From Gammaproteobacteria bacterium (GTDB lineage: Bacteria; Pseudomonadota; Gammaproteobacteria; UBA4575), in NCBI GenBank assembly GCA_965221955.1, contig CBDCTA010000018.1:192001-256000 (forward strand): DNA of 64,000 nucleotides, in the 5' to 3' direction. Shown piece by piece: positions 32,237 to 42,661 of this stretch. A program made the translations under genes and the position numbers. The notes below the pieces were generated by a model. That model ran no database searches. It was given only the letters and a program-made list of their open reading frames with translations, and was not told the DNA's origin. Numbering within the stretch: position 1 is the first letter of the stretch; each line of letters starts with the position of its first letter.

Positions 32237-32560
32237 TTATTGTAAAGACTGAAAATATGCACCGATATCTGCCATATCTTCTTCACTTAATCCTGTAGCA
32301 TGTGCTTGCATCGTAGGATGACTACGCCCTCCTGATTGATAACCTTTTAGCGCCGCAATAATGTATTCTGCGTGTTGCCCTCCTAAACGTGGCACATGAT
32401 AGGTTGGATATACATTAGTGTAGCTCGGTACACCATGACAACCCAAACAAGTATCTGCTTTCACTTTGCCTGCTTCGGCACTACCACCGGCAAAGCTTAC
32501 AGGTGTAACAAAAAAACATAAGGTTATAATGAGTAATGATTTGCGTAAAACACAACGCAT
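32237..32560 (-). CDS. monoheme cytochrome c (c4 half-like)
   Basis: CLGCH, YPTYHVPRLGGQ, HPTM; start at 32560 (GGAGAG RBS). Confidence 0.9.
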   Translation of the reverse strand: MRCVLRKSLLIITLCFFVTPVSFAGGSAEAGKVKADTCLGCHGVPSYTNVYPTYHVPRLGGQHAEYIIAALKGYQSGGRSHPTMQAHATGLSEEDMADIGAYFQSLQ

Positions 32561-32731
32561 GACAGTTTCTCTCCGTAGAACGATAAGTGAACTAAATTTT
32601 GCGAGATGAGTATACCTAGTTTTCATACAAGATGGATCTCTCCTTTTGGACAAGTAGCAACGATAAACATATCTATAGATATCGGCACAGCTCATAGATA
32701 TTTAAATTTAAATGGCCCATAACTGACACTA

Positions 32732-33214
32732 ATGGTGTATTACAAAGATTTAAGCTCGGAATCGATTAAGCATTTACTCGGCCACTATGGAATACGTTTA
32801 CATTGTCTACAATTTGACATGGATATCCCGTATAGCTTTTGGGGCGAACCTGAAGCCGGTCGGCTAGGTGAAAATCTTTATTTGCGAGACGATACACCTA
32901 TTCACTCGATTCTGCATGAGAGCGCTCATTATGTCTGCATGCCTGAACAGCAACGCCATAATGCTGAAGTCGATGCTAAAGGTTCTGCCATGGAAGAAAA
33001 TGCGACGTGCTATCTACAAGTCCTATTATCAAATCATATTCATGGTTACAGCCGTAAACAGTTGATGAAGGATATGGACGATTGGGGTTATAGTTTTCGT
33101 TTTGGCTCTACCCATGACTGGTTCACGAAAGATGCAAAGGAAGTGAAAGATTGGCTCATCAGCCATAACCTTATTACTGATCGTAACGAAGTGACTTGGC
33201 AGCTAAGAGCCTAA
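32732..33214 (+). CDS. conserved hypothetical protein with HExxH motif
   Basis: ILHESAHYVC, EENATCYLQ, MDDWGYSFR. Confidence 0.7.
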   Translation: MVYYKDLSSESIKHLLGHYGIRLHCLQFDMDIPYSFWGEPEAGRLGENLYLRDDTPIHSILHESAHYVCMPEQQRHNAEVDAKGSAMEENATCYLQVLLSNHIHGYSRKQLMKDMDDWGYSFRFGSTHDWFTKDAKEVKDWLISHNLITDRNEVTWQLRA

Positions 33215-33235
33215 GCCACTTCTAGTCTCGCGCCA

Positions 33236-33290
33236 TTGACATTCGACCCAAATACCCCTAGCATTTTCTTCATATAACCAAATTTGGTTA
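33236..33290 (+). promoter_or_regulatory. sigma70 promoter and palindromic operator upstream of the metY leader
   Basis: TTGACA (33236-33241), 17 bp, TAGCAT (33259-33264); perfect palindrome TAACCAAATTTGGTTA at 33275-33290. Confidence 0.6.
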
Positions 33291-33291
33291 A

Positions 33292-33347
33292 GTCGCTGAT
33301 TTAATTCAACAACTTGCAGGGCGACATAAATATTTCTGCTAAAGCGA
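33292..33347 (+). ncRNA. SAM-II/SAM-V-class riboswitch
   Basis: GTCGC-TGATTTAA...TTGCA-GGGCGAC-ATAAAT...GCTAAA follows the SAM-II pseudoknot pattern; upstream of metY. Confidence 0.75.
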
Positions 33348-33537
33348 TGACCGTCCTCTAAAAGCTTCTAGGTCGAGTCAACGCCTAATTAACTTGAAGC
33401 GAATATTATTTAATGAGGAACGGATTTCATGCTGACACAATCCTATTTTCTCCCATGTAATTTTGCATTAAGTTGTACTCTTACGGCAGAGCCTACGTAC
33501 TTATGTCCACCTCATTATCACATAGAGGTTTAGAACT

Positions 33538-34812
33538 ATGAAAATTGAAACTCAAGCCATACACAGCGGTTATTCGCCTGATCCCAGCACAAAAGCAGTT
33601 GCGGTACCCATTTATCAAACCACTTCGTACGCATTTGACGATACACAACATGGTGCAGATTTATTTGATTTAAAAGTCGAAGGCAATATCTACACCCGTA
33701 TCATGAACCCAACCACTGCGGTGCTGGAGCAACGTGTTGCAGAAATGGAAGGTGGCGTGGGGGCACTTGCGTTATCGTCTGGTATGGCAGCCATTTCCTA
33801 TGCCATTTTTGCTTTAGCCGAACAAGGCGACAATATTGTTTCAGTAGCTACTTTGTATGGCGGTACGTACAACTTTTTTGCACACACTTTGCCAAAACTT
33901 GGTATTGAGGTTCGGTTTGTAGACTATCGCGATATCGATGCCATGGCTGCAGCCATTGATGATAATACTAAGGCTGTTTTCTGTGAGTCCTTAGGTAACC
34001 CCGCTGGTAATGTGATTAATCTTGAATCATTAACTAAAATTGCCCATGACGCTGGCGTTCCAGTCATGGTGGACAATACAGTACCTACACCTTACTTGTG
34101 CAGACCCTTCGAGTTTGGTGCGGACATAAGCATTCATTCGTTAACCAAATATATGGGTGGGCATGGTACTTCTATTGGAGGTGTTATTGTCGACTCAGGA
34201 AACTTCCCTTGGGAAAAACATAAAAAACGTTTTGCAGTACTGAACGAACCAGATCCATCCTATCACGGCGTTGTGTATACCGAAGCCTTTGGACAAGCTG
34301 CATATATTGGGCGTGTACGCGTCGTGCCTTTGCGCAATATGGGCTCTGCGATTTCTCCAATGAACAGTTTTTTAATCCTACAAGGAATCGAAAGTCTTCC
34401 AGTACGTATGGATCGTCATTGTGAAAATGCATTGGCGGTTGCGCAATATTTAGAAAAACATAAGTCAGTCAATTGGGTAAGCTACGCAGGCTTATCTTCA
34501 CACGAAGACCATAAACTTGCACAAAAGTATTTTGGTGGACGTGCATCAGGTATTTTGAGCTTTGGCATTAAAGGTGGCATTGAAGCCGGTACTAAATTTA
34601 TTGATGCACTTCAGCTGATTGTTCGTTTGGTTAATATAGGCGATGCAAAATCTTTGGCTTGCCACCCAGCGACCACAACACATCGTCAGTTATCTAAAGA
34701 AGAACAAGCTACTGCTGGAGTAAGCGAAGATTTAGTGCGACTTTCTATTGGTATCGAACATATTGACGATATTTTGGAAGATATCGAGCAAGCATTAAAC
34801 AAAGCTCAATAA
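33538..34812 (+). CDS. metY: O-acetylhomoserine aminocarboxypropyltransferase (sulfhydrylase)
   Basis: PIYQTTSY, YTRIMNPT, HSLTKYMGGHG (PLP Lys), NIGDAKSL. Confidence 0.92.
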   Translation: MKIETQAIHSGYSPDPSTKAVAVPIYQTTSYAFDDTQHGADLFDLKVEGNIYTRIMNPTTAVLEQRVAEMEGGVGALALSSGMAAISYAIFALAEQGDNIVSVATLYGGTYNFFAHTLPKLGIEVRFVDYRDIDAMAAAIDDNTKAVFCESLGNPAGNVINLESLTKIAHDAGVPVMVDNTVPTPYLCRPFEFGADISIHSLTKYMGGHGTSIGGVIVDSGNFPWEKHKKRFAVLNEPDPSYHGVVYTEAFGQAAYIGRVRVVPLRNMGSAISPMNSFLILQGIESLPVRMDRHCENALAVAQYLEKHKSVNWVSYAGLSSHEDHKLAQKYFGGRASGILSFGIKGGIEAGTKFIDALQLIVRLVNIGDAKSLACHPATTTHRQLSKEEQATAGVSEDLVRLSIGIEHIDDILEDIEQALNKAQ

Positions 34813-34836
34813 CCATAAAAGAGTTTAGCTTTAGCC

Positions 34837-35808
34837 TTGAGTGATTACCGCCCGTCTTGGCTTTACCGAAATGGGCATGCTAACACAATTGCTGCCTCTT
34901 CCCTTTTACGCAAAGCTTTTGCTTGGCGCATCAGTCAGCAGTTTCGCAAACAAAGCCAGTCGAAAATATTGTCATTAGATAATGATGTCCGCTTACAAGG
35001 CTTTTTCAACACACAAACAAACTCTGCAAATAAACCTTTAGCTTTAATACTGCATGGCTGGTTGGGTTGTGCGGGATCACTCTATTTATTACCTATTGCA
35101 AACCAACTATACGCAAAAGGCTTTAACGTCGTTCGCTTAAACTTTAGAGACCATGGTGGCACGCAACATTTAAATAAGGAGCTATTCCACTCTTGCCGCT
35201 TAGAAGAGGTATTGAATGCTACACAAACTATCCAACTTCAAGTGCCTCATTCAACTTTTTACATTATTGGATTTTCCTTAGGTGGTAACTTTGCGTTGCG
35301 GATTGGTACAGAAGCAGATAACAAGGGCCTAAATATTAATAAAATAATTTCTATCTGCCCTGTCATGAATGCCGCAAACGCATTGGCTGAAACTCAATCC
35401 ATGCCAAGTATTTATACAGAATATTATTTAAGACGTTGGAAAAATATGCTCAAAACTAAACACAAACTTTTCCCTGATGCTTACGACTTGGCTACTATCC
35501 AAAAACAATCCTCACTTACCAGCATGACTGAGCATCTGTTATTGCAATATACAAAATTTGATTCCGTTGCTCATTATTTACATGGCTACTCGATTACAGG
35601 AGAGCGCTTAAAAACGTTAAGCATTCATAGTGATGTCTATATTGCTGAAGATGACCCCGTAATTCCTTTCCATGATCATGAGAATCTATATGCTTCAGAA
35701 TTTCTTAACATTCATCTCACACAATTTGGTGGCCACTGTGGATATTTAGATGGACTATTTGATATGAATTGGATAGATAAACAAATCATCAAAAATCTAC
35801 AGGCATAA
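34837..35808 (+). CDS. YheT-family alpha/beta hydrolase
   Basis: LHGWLG, NFRDHG, GFSLGG nucleophile elbow, DDPVI, GGHCGY. Confidence 0.85.
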   Translation: MSDYRPSWLYRNGHANTIAASSLLRKAFAWRISQQFRKQSQSKILSLDNDVRLQGFFNTQTNSANKPLALILHGWLGCAGSLYLLPIANQLYAKGFNVVRLNFRDHGGTQHLNKELFHSCRLEEVLNATQTIQLQVPHSTFYIIGFSLGGNFALRIGTEADNKGLNINKIISICPVMNAANALAETQSMPSIYTEYYLRRWKNMLKTKHKLFPDAYDLATIQKQSSLTSMTEHLLLQYTKFDSVAHYLHGYSITGERLKTLSIHSDVYIAEDDPVIPFHDHENLYASEFLNIHLTQFGGHCGYLDGLFDMNWIDKQIIKNLQA

Positions 35809-35844
35809 AAAAACCTACTGCATCCAAAGACACAGTAGGTTTTT
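35809..35844. terminator. bidirectional intrinsic terminator
   Basis: AAAACCTACTG...CAGTAGGTTTT stem with A and T tails between convergent genes. Confidence 0.75.
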
Positions 35845-35870
35845 AAGGAAGTCCCAATTAAATAGATTTA

Positions 35871-38138
35871 CTAAGGTATAGGTAACGGAAGTGTATTGTT
35901 TTCACAATCCGTTGTATTCGCACCATAGAAGTTCAGGAACATGTAGTTCAAGATCCTAGTTGAGCATGTTGCATCACAATTAGCTTCAAAGCCAATTGGC
36001 ATTGTATCAGTAATTAAACCTACTAGACCTGCCGTTCCGTTAAAAGTAACACAAAGATCATTCTTATTATCTAATCTTGTGATGCCATTACCAATCGGGC
36101 CATGGCATGCTGCATTAGCACAGGTTAACACACCACCAAATGTCTCTGTTTGATACAGATACTCACCCGTTGATGTTGGGTCGATAGTCACTGTTGCGTT
36201 TGCATTGTAATTTTGATTATCTAAACCAACACAATTCAATGTGAATGTAGTGGTATCAAACAATGCTGTTATGGCTTGATTTTGTGTAGCTAAAACAGTT
36301 TTAGCACCTGTCCATTGAGCATTAACCGGGTTTGCAACTGCGGTACACGACTGCATATCGGTTACATTCCAAGTTAAGGTACTCGCTCCACCTTCACCAA
36401 TCATAGTTGGATTTGCAGTCAAGGTTACAGATGGGTTCGGTTGAACAACGGTAACCGTTACATTCGCTACTGTATTCAAAGCTCCAGCATTAGTGCAATC
36501 CAACGTAAATGTATTACTTGCAGCTGTTAGATTTTGTATTAGTTGTGTGCCATTAACAGCTTTATTGGCATTATCCCAAGCTGGATTAGCTGGATTACTC
36601 GTTGCTATACAGCTATCTGCATCCGTGGTTGACCAGGTAAGCGTTGAGTCACCGCCGCCAACACCTAACATTGTTGGATCAGCAGATAAATTAACTACTG
36701 GCGCTCCAGGTTGAGCCATCACAGTTACATCAACAGACGCAACCGCGGAATTAATTCCACCCTTAGTACATACTAGCGTAAAGGTATTTACACCTGCAGT
36801 GGTTAAATTAGTGAGCGTTTGCATTGAGGTTGGTAATAATGTACCTGTCCATTGATTATTCGCAGTAGCACCGCCTGCTGTACATGTATCACCGTCAGAA
36901 GCCCAATTTAGGGTCACCATGCCATTGTATGGAATAGGTGCACCGGCATTTGAAACTGGATCTGCTGTAAATGACGCTATTACAGGCTGAACATCATTAT
37001 CAAGATTTGTCACCGAGACATCGGATGCATTTGCTCCGCCGTATGCACGGTCATTACTGATCGCAGCTGCCGTAACAATACTGTAAGCAATGTTGCCATC
37101 AACTGCTGGAGCCGCAACATCATCTACACCAGTAACCGTTACAGTCTGTGCGACATTATAATTACCTGAATTAAACACAACGGATGCAGGTGCTACCGTA
37201 CCTTCCGCAGCATTACTGCTTGAAAGGCCAATCGTTACATCTGCAGTTGGTTGAGTACCTAAAACAATTGTAAAGGTGGCAGAAGTACCATTAGCAACAT
37301 CACTTTCGCTAGTCTCAAGACCTGCAACTGGGTCAACAGTAATCACACCTTGTCCAGGTGCTTCATCATCTCGGTTCACAACCGAAACATCTGTAGGATC
37401 AATACCATTGTATGCAGCATCATTACTCACTGTTGCTGAAAGTTCTATGGTGTATGGGGTATCTAATGCAGCATCTAAAACCGCATCATCGACACCAGAA
37501 ATTGTAATGGTATGTTGCTGGTTCCAATTTCCGGGAGTGATTGTTAGTGAAGCTGGAGCCACTGTTCCTTCAGCAATATTGCTGCTGGTTATATTCATTG
37601 TGACGTCATCTTCAGGCACTGAATTCAATGCAATGGTAAAAGTAGCAGTGCCATTATTTAACTCATTAGTCATAAGACCTGAAGTTGGATTTACTAATAC
37701 AGCAGGATTGTTGTTTGCACCAGGAAGGGCTTTACCCTGAATAAATCCTTCGATAATGAATTGAGAGACATCGCTCGCACATGCACCCACACAGCTATTT
37801 GGATCATAAGTTGGTGCAAGTGGCATGGTGTCTGCGTTAACAGTTATCAAACCATTTAGATCACCACATGAATTACATGCAAGTGGCGATACCTCATTTA
37901 AAGCACCACCCGCAGTAGCGGTGCCTTGACCTTGTGCACCATGACAACTTGAACATGCGTAATTAGGGTCTTGATATATTGCGAGACCTCGTTTTGCAGA
38001 TTCTGATAATAGAGCATCTGAAAGACCTCCACCGAGATCCATAGTGCCTGAACTTTCGCCTGAAGATTCACCACCACAAGCGCTTAAAAAAAACGAGACG
38101 ATCGCAACTACTGCGATACTTTTTAGTATGCCGTTCAT
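35871..38138 (-). CDS. large lipoprotein: N- and C-terminal cytochrome c domains separated by Calx-beta/Ig-like repeats
   Basis: Lipobox LSAC; CSSCH with downstream TMP; two ~115-aa repeats (ATFTI.L...P..DVT...SSN.AEGTVAPAS); three repeats ending TFTL.C; C-terminal CANAACH with TMP. Confidence 0.75.
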   Translation of the reverse strand: MNGILKSIAVVAIVSFFLSACGGESSGESSGTMDLGGGLSDALLSESAKRGLAIYQDPNYACSSCHGAQGQGTATAGGALNEVSPLACNSCGDLNGLITVNADTMPLAPTYDPNSCVGACASDVSQFIIEGFIQGKALPGANNNPAVLVNPTSGLMTNELNNGTATFTIALNSVPEDDVTMNITSSNIAEGTVAPASLTITPGNWNQQHTITISGVDDAVLDAALDTPYTIELSATVSNDAAYNGIDPTDVSVVNRDDEAPGQGVITVDPVAGLETSESDVANGTSATFTIVLGTQPTADVTIGLSSSNAAEGTVAPASVVFNSGNYNVAQTVTVTGVDDVAAPAVDGNIAYSIVTAAAISNDRAYGGANASDVSVTNLDNDVQPVIASFTADPVSNAGAPIPYNGMVTLNWASDGDTCTAGGATANNQWTGTLLPTSMQTLTNLTTAGVNTFTLVCTKGGINSAVASVDVTVMAQPGAPVVNLSADPTMLGVGGGDSTLTWSTTDADSCIATSNPANPAWDNANKAVNGTQLIQNLTAASNTFTLDCTNAGALNTVANVTVTVVQPNPSVTLTANPTMIGEGGASTLTWNVTDMQSCTAVANPVNAQWTGAKTVLATQNQAITALFDTTTFTLNCVGLDNQNYNANATVTIDPTSTGEYLYQTETFGGVLTCANAACHGPIGNGITRLDNKNDLCVTFNGTAGLVGLITDTMPIGFEANCDATCSTRILNYMFLNFYGANTTDCENNTLPLPIP

Positions 38139-38429
38139 TGTTCCAACTCCAATTGAAATCAATTTATTTATGCATCAAAGCAAAGAAATCCTATTCAGTG
38201 CTTCATACAAAATGTAGAAAATAACTATACTTTCGTTAATTTTCCTCTCATATAAATTTACGATATAAGGCCTAACAACTAAGACCTATATCTACGGCAC
38301 CTATGATAGTGACCTAAAAGAATATTTAATAATTTCTAGCCAACCACTGATCCGTTTTTTTTGCCCATTTGTCATGGTCAAAATTACGTAAAAATGTGAA
38401 CTAAAAATTTTGCACTGAGATTCAGTGAA

Positions 38430-40425
38430 TTATGACTTAGGCTCTGGAGAAATTGGTTGTAAATGCACACTTAATCGTGTCGGCTTTTGGTCCAGCTTCC
38501 ACTCAAACATAGCGGTATACGCCAATACTGCGCGTACATATTCACGTGTTTCAGTAAAAGGAATGGTATCTACCCAAACGTCTGCAGGAAGTTCATACTT
38601 TTCTGGCAACCAAGCATTTACACGATGCGGGCCTGCGTTATACGCAGCAGAAGCTAAAGCCCGATGCCCATCAAATTTATTCAGCATGTCGTCTTATATA
38701 ACGACTACCTAAATTTATATTAAAACTTGGCATATATAAGTCATGCCGAGTTGGAGATTTTAGTTTGAGTTTTTTTGAAACTTGCTTTGCTGTTGCTGGC
38801 ATTAACTGCATCAGGCCTCGTGCCCCTACAGGAGAACGCGCTTGAGGATTAAATGCACTTTCACGACGAATAATCCCATAGATAAATGCCGGCTCGAGAC
38901 TTCTTTTGGCAGCATACTTTTCTACATAACTAGTAAATGGAGTTGGAAAACGAATGTTTAAATCATCAAAGTAACGACCTTTAGCAATGGTAAAAATTGC
39001 ATAGTCATACCATTGCCATTGATGAGCTAACGATGCCGCAATTTGATATTGCCTTTCAGAAAAATCTTTTGTTGCATAGTTCCATTCCCTACGTGCATCG
39101 GTAAATTGATCGACTAACAACAACTCTCTTGCACGAATAATACTGGGTGTTTGCTCGATCTTTTCTAGCTCAGACGCATTGTATTGCACAGGTATGCATC
39201 AACAATATTGTATGGCTTAGAAAGTTTGTCTGCGGCCAAAAAACCATAATAACTGCGATCTTCAGCAATTTTTTCGTACAAAGCTTTTGCATCAGACCGC
39301 AAACCTTTTTCTTCTAAAGCACGCGCTTTCCAGTATTGCCATTGTGGTTCAGCTTTTTCTTCTTCATTTAGCATTGCAATTCCGCGTAGCACCAAGTTCC
39401 CAATCCAAACTACGCAAAGCTGAGCGCGTCCTCCACATGCTAGTGGAAGGATCAACTAAATCTTTTGGTAATTGATACATCCAAGTAGTCGCACGTTCAT
39501 CATGGCGATATGCTGCACGCAAAGCTAAATTCCTTTCTACTTCATCATGCAAATCTGAACCAAATGCATAATTATCTTGAATGCTCAACCATCTCTCATA
39601 TGCTTGACTTAAATCTTTCCTTGCTAAGCGTTGCATTCCATGGCGAATAATTTGCCGATTCTGATGGTTATCTTTCTGCAAGGCATTTGATAGTAATTTA
39701 GCTTTAGGATTACGATAGGTTTCTAGCCAGAGTTTAGCTTGCTCTTGCTCACTCGCAGGTAATTTTTTAGCTAGGTATCTCGCTAAACTAAGACGATTAT
39801 TCTCCATAGCCAAAGCAAATCGTTCCCAAATTAGCTCAGTGGTTAAATAACCTTGCTGGTTATACCAATCAAATAATGAATCGCATTGTTTAGGTTGTGA
39901 TTTCCCAACTAACCATAAATCGCGCGCTTGATTAAGATATTGTTTTTTATTTTCTTCGAATTGGTTATGACGAATCTTGGCACGCAAAAAATAACATTGC
40001 AGAGCAATAGCATTATCATTTTGATAATATTTTAAAAAACTTTCGGAACGACCTTTTCTTTGCAATTGATAGAGCCAAGCAACACGCAAACGATCGGCTA
40101 ATGGACTCTCTTTATTTGCAGCAATAAAAACATCTACTTCTTGATTGCTTAAACTTGCAATGCGTAGCTTTAACTCTTCGTAATTCAGATAAGGAAATAA
40201 AGGATATTCAGTCAACCTTGCTGAGTATTGATTAAATTGATTAATCTGTTTTTTAACCAGCGCTTTACGCGCTTTCTTATATAGTTCGCGCTCTTCTTGC
40301 CACTGTGTATTTGCATGAACAACACCAATTGACATGCAAACAACGAACGCAGCTCTTAACAAACTAAAGAGCGAAAAAGATATAAATTGATGGGTAAGGA
40401 TGTGCGGCGCTAAAAACTGCCGCAC
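38430..40425 (-). pseudogene. slt: soluble lytic murein transglycosylase Slt70, split by three frameshifts (pseudogene or sequence errors)
   Basis: Consecutive fragments 39364-40554, 39165-39455, 38677-39189 and 38430-38687 together give YPLFPYL, YWKARAL, SYYGFLAA, IRRESAF, GLMQLMP, AAYNAGP and ETREYV. Confidence 0.85.
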
Positions 40426-40444
40426 ATCCTTTTTAGAATAGCAT

Positions 40445-40906
40445 TTAGAAAGAAGTTGCCTCTTCGAATGATTCTTTGAGGTTGTCTTGAGATTTATCTG
40501 CGGCAATTTTTGTACTTTTAGAATCAGGTTGGTCAATGAGACCACTTCCATCATGGATTTTCATAGTCCCATCTATCATCGCACCCTGTGCTACAGATAC
40601 ACTGGTGCCACTCACATTGCCAAAGATTCTAGCACTTCCTGTAATTTCTAGCTTGCCTCGAGCAAAAACATCACCCTTTACCGTTCCGCCTATAATTACA
40701 TCGTCAGTATGAATATTGCCTTCCCAAACCGCGGTTGAAACCAGTTCAACTAGACCATCGATATCACCATCGCCCTTCACCTGACCGCTGATCACAATAG
40801 AGCCAGTACCTTTGACGTCACCATTAATGACAAAATCTTTCCCTAGAATAGTTGCTGGTGTTGAAACCTTGTCACGTAATTTTCGCATACCCATAGGGGC
40901 CTCCAC
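40445..40906 (-). CDS. bactofilin (polymer-forming cytoskeletal protein)
   Basis: TILGKDFVINGDV...GTVKGDV...GAMIDG beta-helix pattern. Confidence 0.88.
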   Translation of the reverse strand: MEAPMGMRKLRDKVSTPATILGKDFVINGDVKGTGSIVISGQVKGDGDIDGLVELVSTAVWEGNIHTDDVIIGGTVKGDVFARGKLEITGSARIFGNVSGTSVSVAQGAMIDGTMKIHDGSGLIDQPDSKSTKIAADKSQDNLKESFEEATSF

Positions 40907-41065
40907 ACTTATAAGATGAATGTACTAATAATACACCCATGCTAGACACAATGGCTGAGCCCGAGGCTATTGCTCCGACTGATGCGTAAAATAATGCTAT
41001 GAAATGACAATTTGCCTAAAATTGCTGATATTCCAGGCTAAATTCATTCGATGTAAAGTATCAAT

Positions 41066-41320
41066 ATGGAAACAATTGAGACTTTTCTACAAACTTTGTA
41101 CAACTCCCCCCATTATTCATTCGGCTGGCTTGTATTTGCAGGACTAACCCTGCTTCCAGCGATCGTCAGCGCGAATCTAATCCAACATGATTTGAGTAAA
41201 CTTATAAGTGGCAAATTTGAGGTTAAGGAGCTGTTATCGTCGCTACTAAAAAATATAATTATACTAATAGCATGTGTCAGCGTGATTTCATATGCGTTTT
41301 ATTTATACTTTTGGATTTAG
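41066..41320 (+). CDS. small membrane protein
   Basis: 84 aa with two hydrophobic segments. Confidence 0.55.
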   Translation: METIETFLQTLYNSPHYSFGWLVFAGLTLLPAIVSANLIQHDLSKLISGKFEVKELLSSLLKNIIILIACVSVISYAFYLYFWI

Positions 41321-41324
41321 CAAA

Positions 41325-42518
41325 CTAGCTTTTCTCAATCACTTTAAAAACATTCGTCTGCTGTTGCTTTTCTTCACGTAATTTTGTTTCTTGAATCGTT
41401 GAATAGTGACTAATTTCCACTTGTTCTTCAATTTTCGAAGCCACAATCGAAGAGTACGTACTTAATTTACCCATCCCTTTTAACTTACGATGCAAATTAT
41501 CTTGCTGCCACCCTGCTGGCATCGCATCATGAATAATAAGAATACCATTAGGTTTAAGATTGCCCCAAACTTGATCAAGCAAAGCTATTTGTTGAGCTTC
41601 ATCTAAGCTAGATAATGCGTGAATCAGACAAATTACATCTGCTTTGTCACTTGAATTAGCAGTTTCAATAGAACCAAGATGAATCTTATGCTGATCACCT
41701 GTATGTGGGGCAAAATAGCTAGCAAAACTTTTCGTCACCACCTCATCTATCGCTGCAATATGAGTCGTAACCCCTCTATCAACATTAATATAGTTACTTA
41801 ACAACAAATCGGTAACTAACAATCCATAATCATTACTCACGCAATCTACTGACACCGCTTTTTTAGCGCCAAAGTAATCTAAGATAATTCTTTCGATAAC
41901 CGAGCTGTGGGTATAATTCGCCCACGCTCTTATCGCCATTTTTGCATAAACACTGGCTATCTCATCCCGATTACCTGATTGCAATAGTTTGCCAAGTGCA
42001 AGATTTGAACGTTGTTGATAAAACCATTCTGCACTACTTGGAATAGGGTCTGGCCATTTACGTCCTACTCCAAGTGACATGACACCATCATTTTCTGCAC
42101 GCACATTACTAAAGCCTGTCCAACGTTCACGACTTAAGAAAATATTTTCCAAAAAACTTCGTGACCAATAACCTTTTTCCTGCGCCTGACCTTCTGGATA
42201 TACGGGAAGAATGACAACGCCACCGGGTTTAACAATTTTTAAAAGTTCTAATAAAAATGAAGCGCCCCAATTACTTGCAAACAAAGGTATGCTGATACCG
42301 ATATATACTCGATCTAATAAATTAGGCAAAGTTGGATAAAAGAAATTACCAATCTTGTCATCATCTAAATTCACACTCAAATGATTTGCAGTTGGTGTCA
42401 TACTGTAAATATTATCGTCTGGACGAATTTGATTATTTTTATCTCGCTCACCAGAAAAATAATAATCTAAATCTTCACTAATGAATTCTTCCGATAGATG
42501 AAATGCTGCATCTGTCAT
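41325..42518 (-). CDS. class I SAM-methyltransferase-like protein
   Basis: Two L/V-KP-(G/N)-G-x-x-I motifs; ADVICLIHALS; canonical GxGxG absent. Confidence 0.5.
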   Translation of the reverse strand: MTDAAFHLSEEFISEDLDYYFSGERDKNNQIRPDDNIYSMTPTANHLSVNLDDDKIGNFFYPTLPNLLDRVYIGISIPLFASNWGASFLLELLKIVKPGGVVILPVYPEGQAQEKGYWSRSFLENIFLSRERWTGFSNVRAENDGVMSLGVGRKWPDPIPSSAEWFYQQRSNLALGKLLQSGNRDEIASVYAKMAIRAWANYTHSSVIERIILDYFGAKKAVSVDCVSNDYGLLVTDLLLSNYINVDRGVTTHIAAIDEVVTKSFASYFAPHTGDQHKIHLGSIETANSSDKADVICLIHALSSLDEAQQIALLDQVWGNLKPNGILIIHDAMPAGWQQDNLHRKLKGMGKLSTYSSIVASKIEEQVEISHYSTIQETKLREEKQQQTNVFKVIEKS

Positions 42519-42661
42519 AGCTTAGTATTTTTTTATTTTTAATTAGAAAAACGCGAAAGCGAATTCTGCTTAAGCAGAACACTCATTGCAAGATTATTTA
42601 TTAATAAGGTTAAGGAACCAGGTCTGTCCAGATTTACGGATTTTAAAGAGAAGTAATCTTG

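Noticed and set aside
31808-32560. Tandem monoheme cytochromes as a frameshifted c4
   Set aside because: Each has its own signal peptide and start; split c4-like pairs are common.
36493-37740. Plus-strand ORFs 36493-36714 and 37276-37740, and the many other short antisense ORFs inside core genes
   Set aside because: Antisense shadows of well-supported genes.
38677-39455. Programmed frameshifting in slt
   Set aside because: Three shifts in mixed directions, with no slippery sequences seen.
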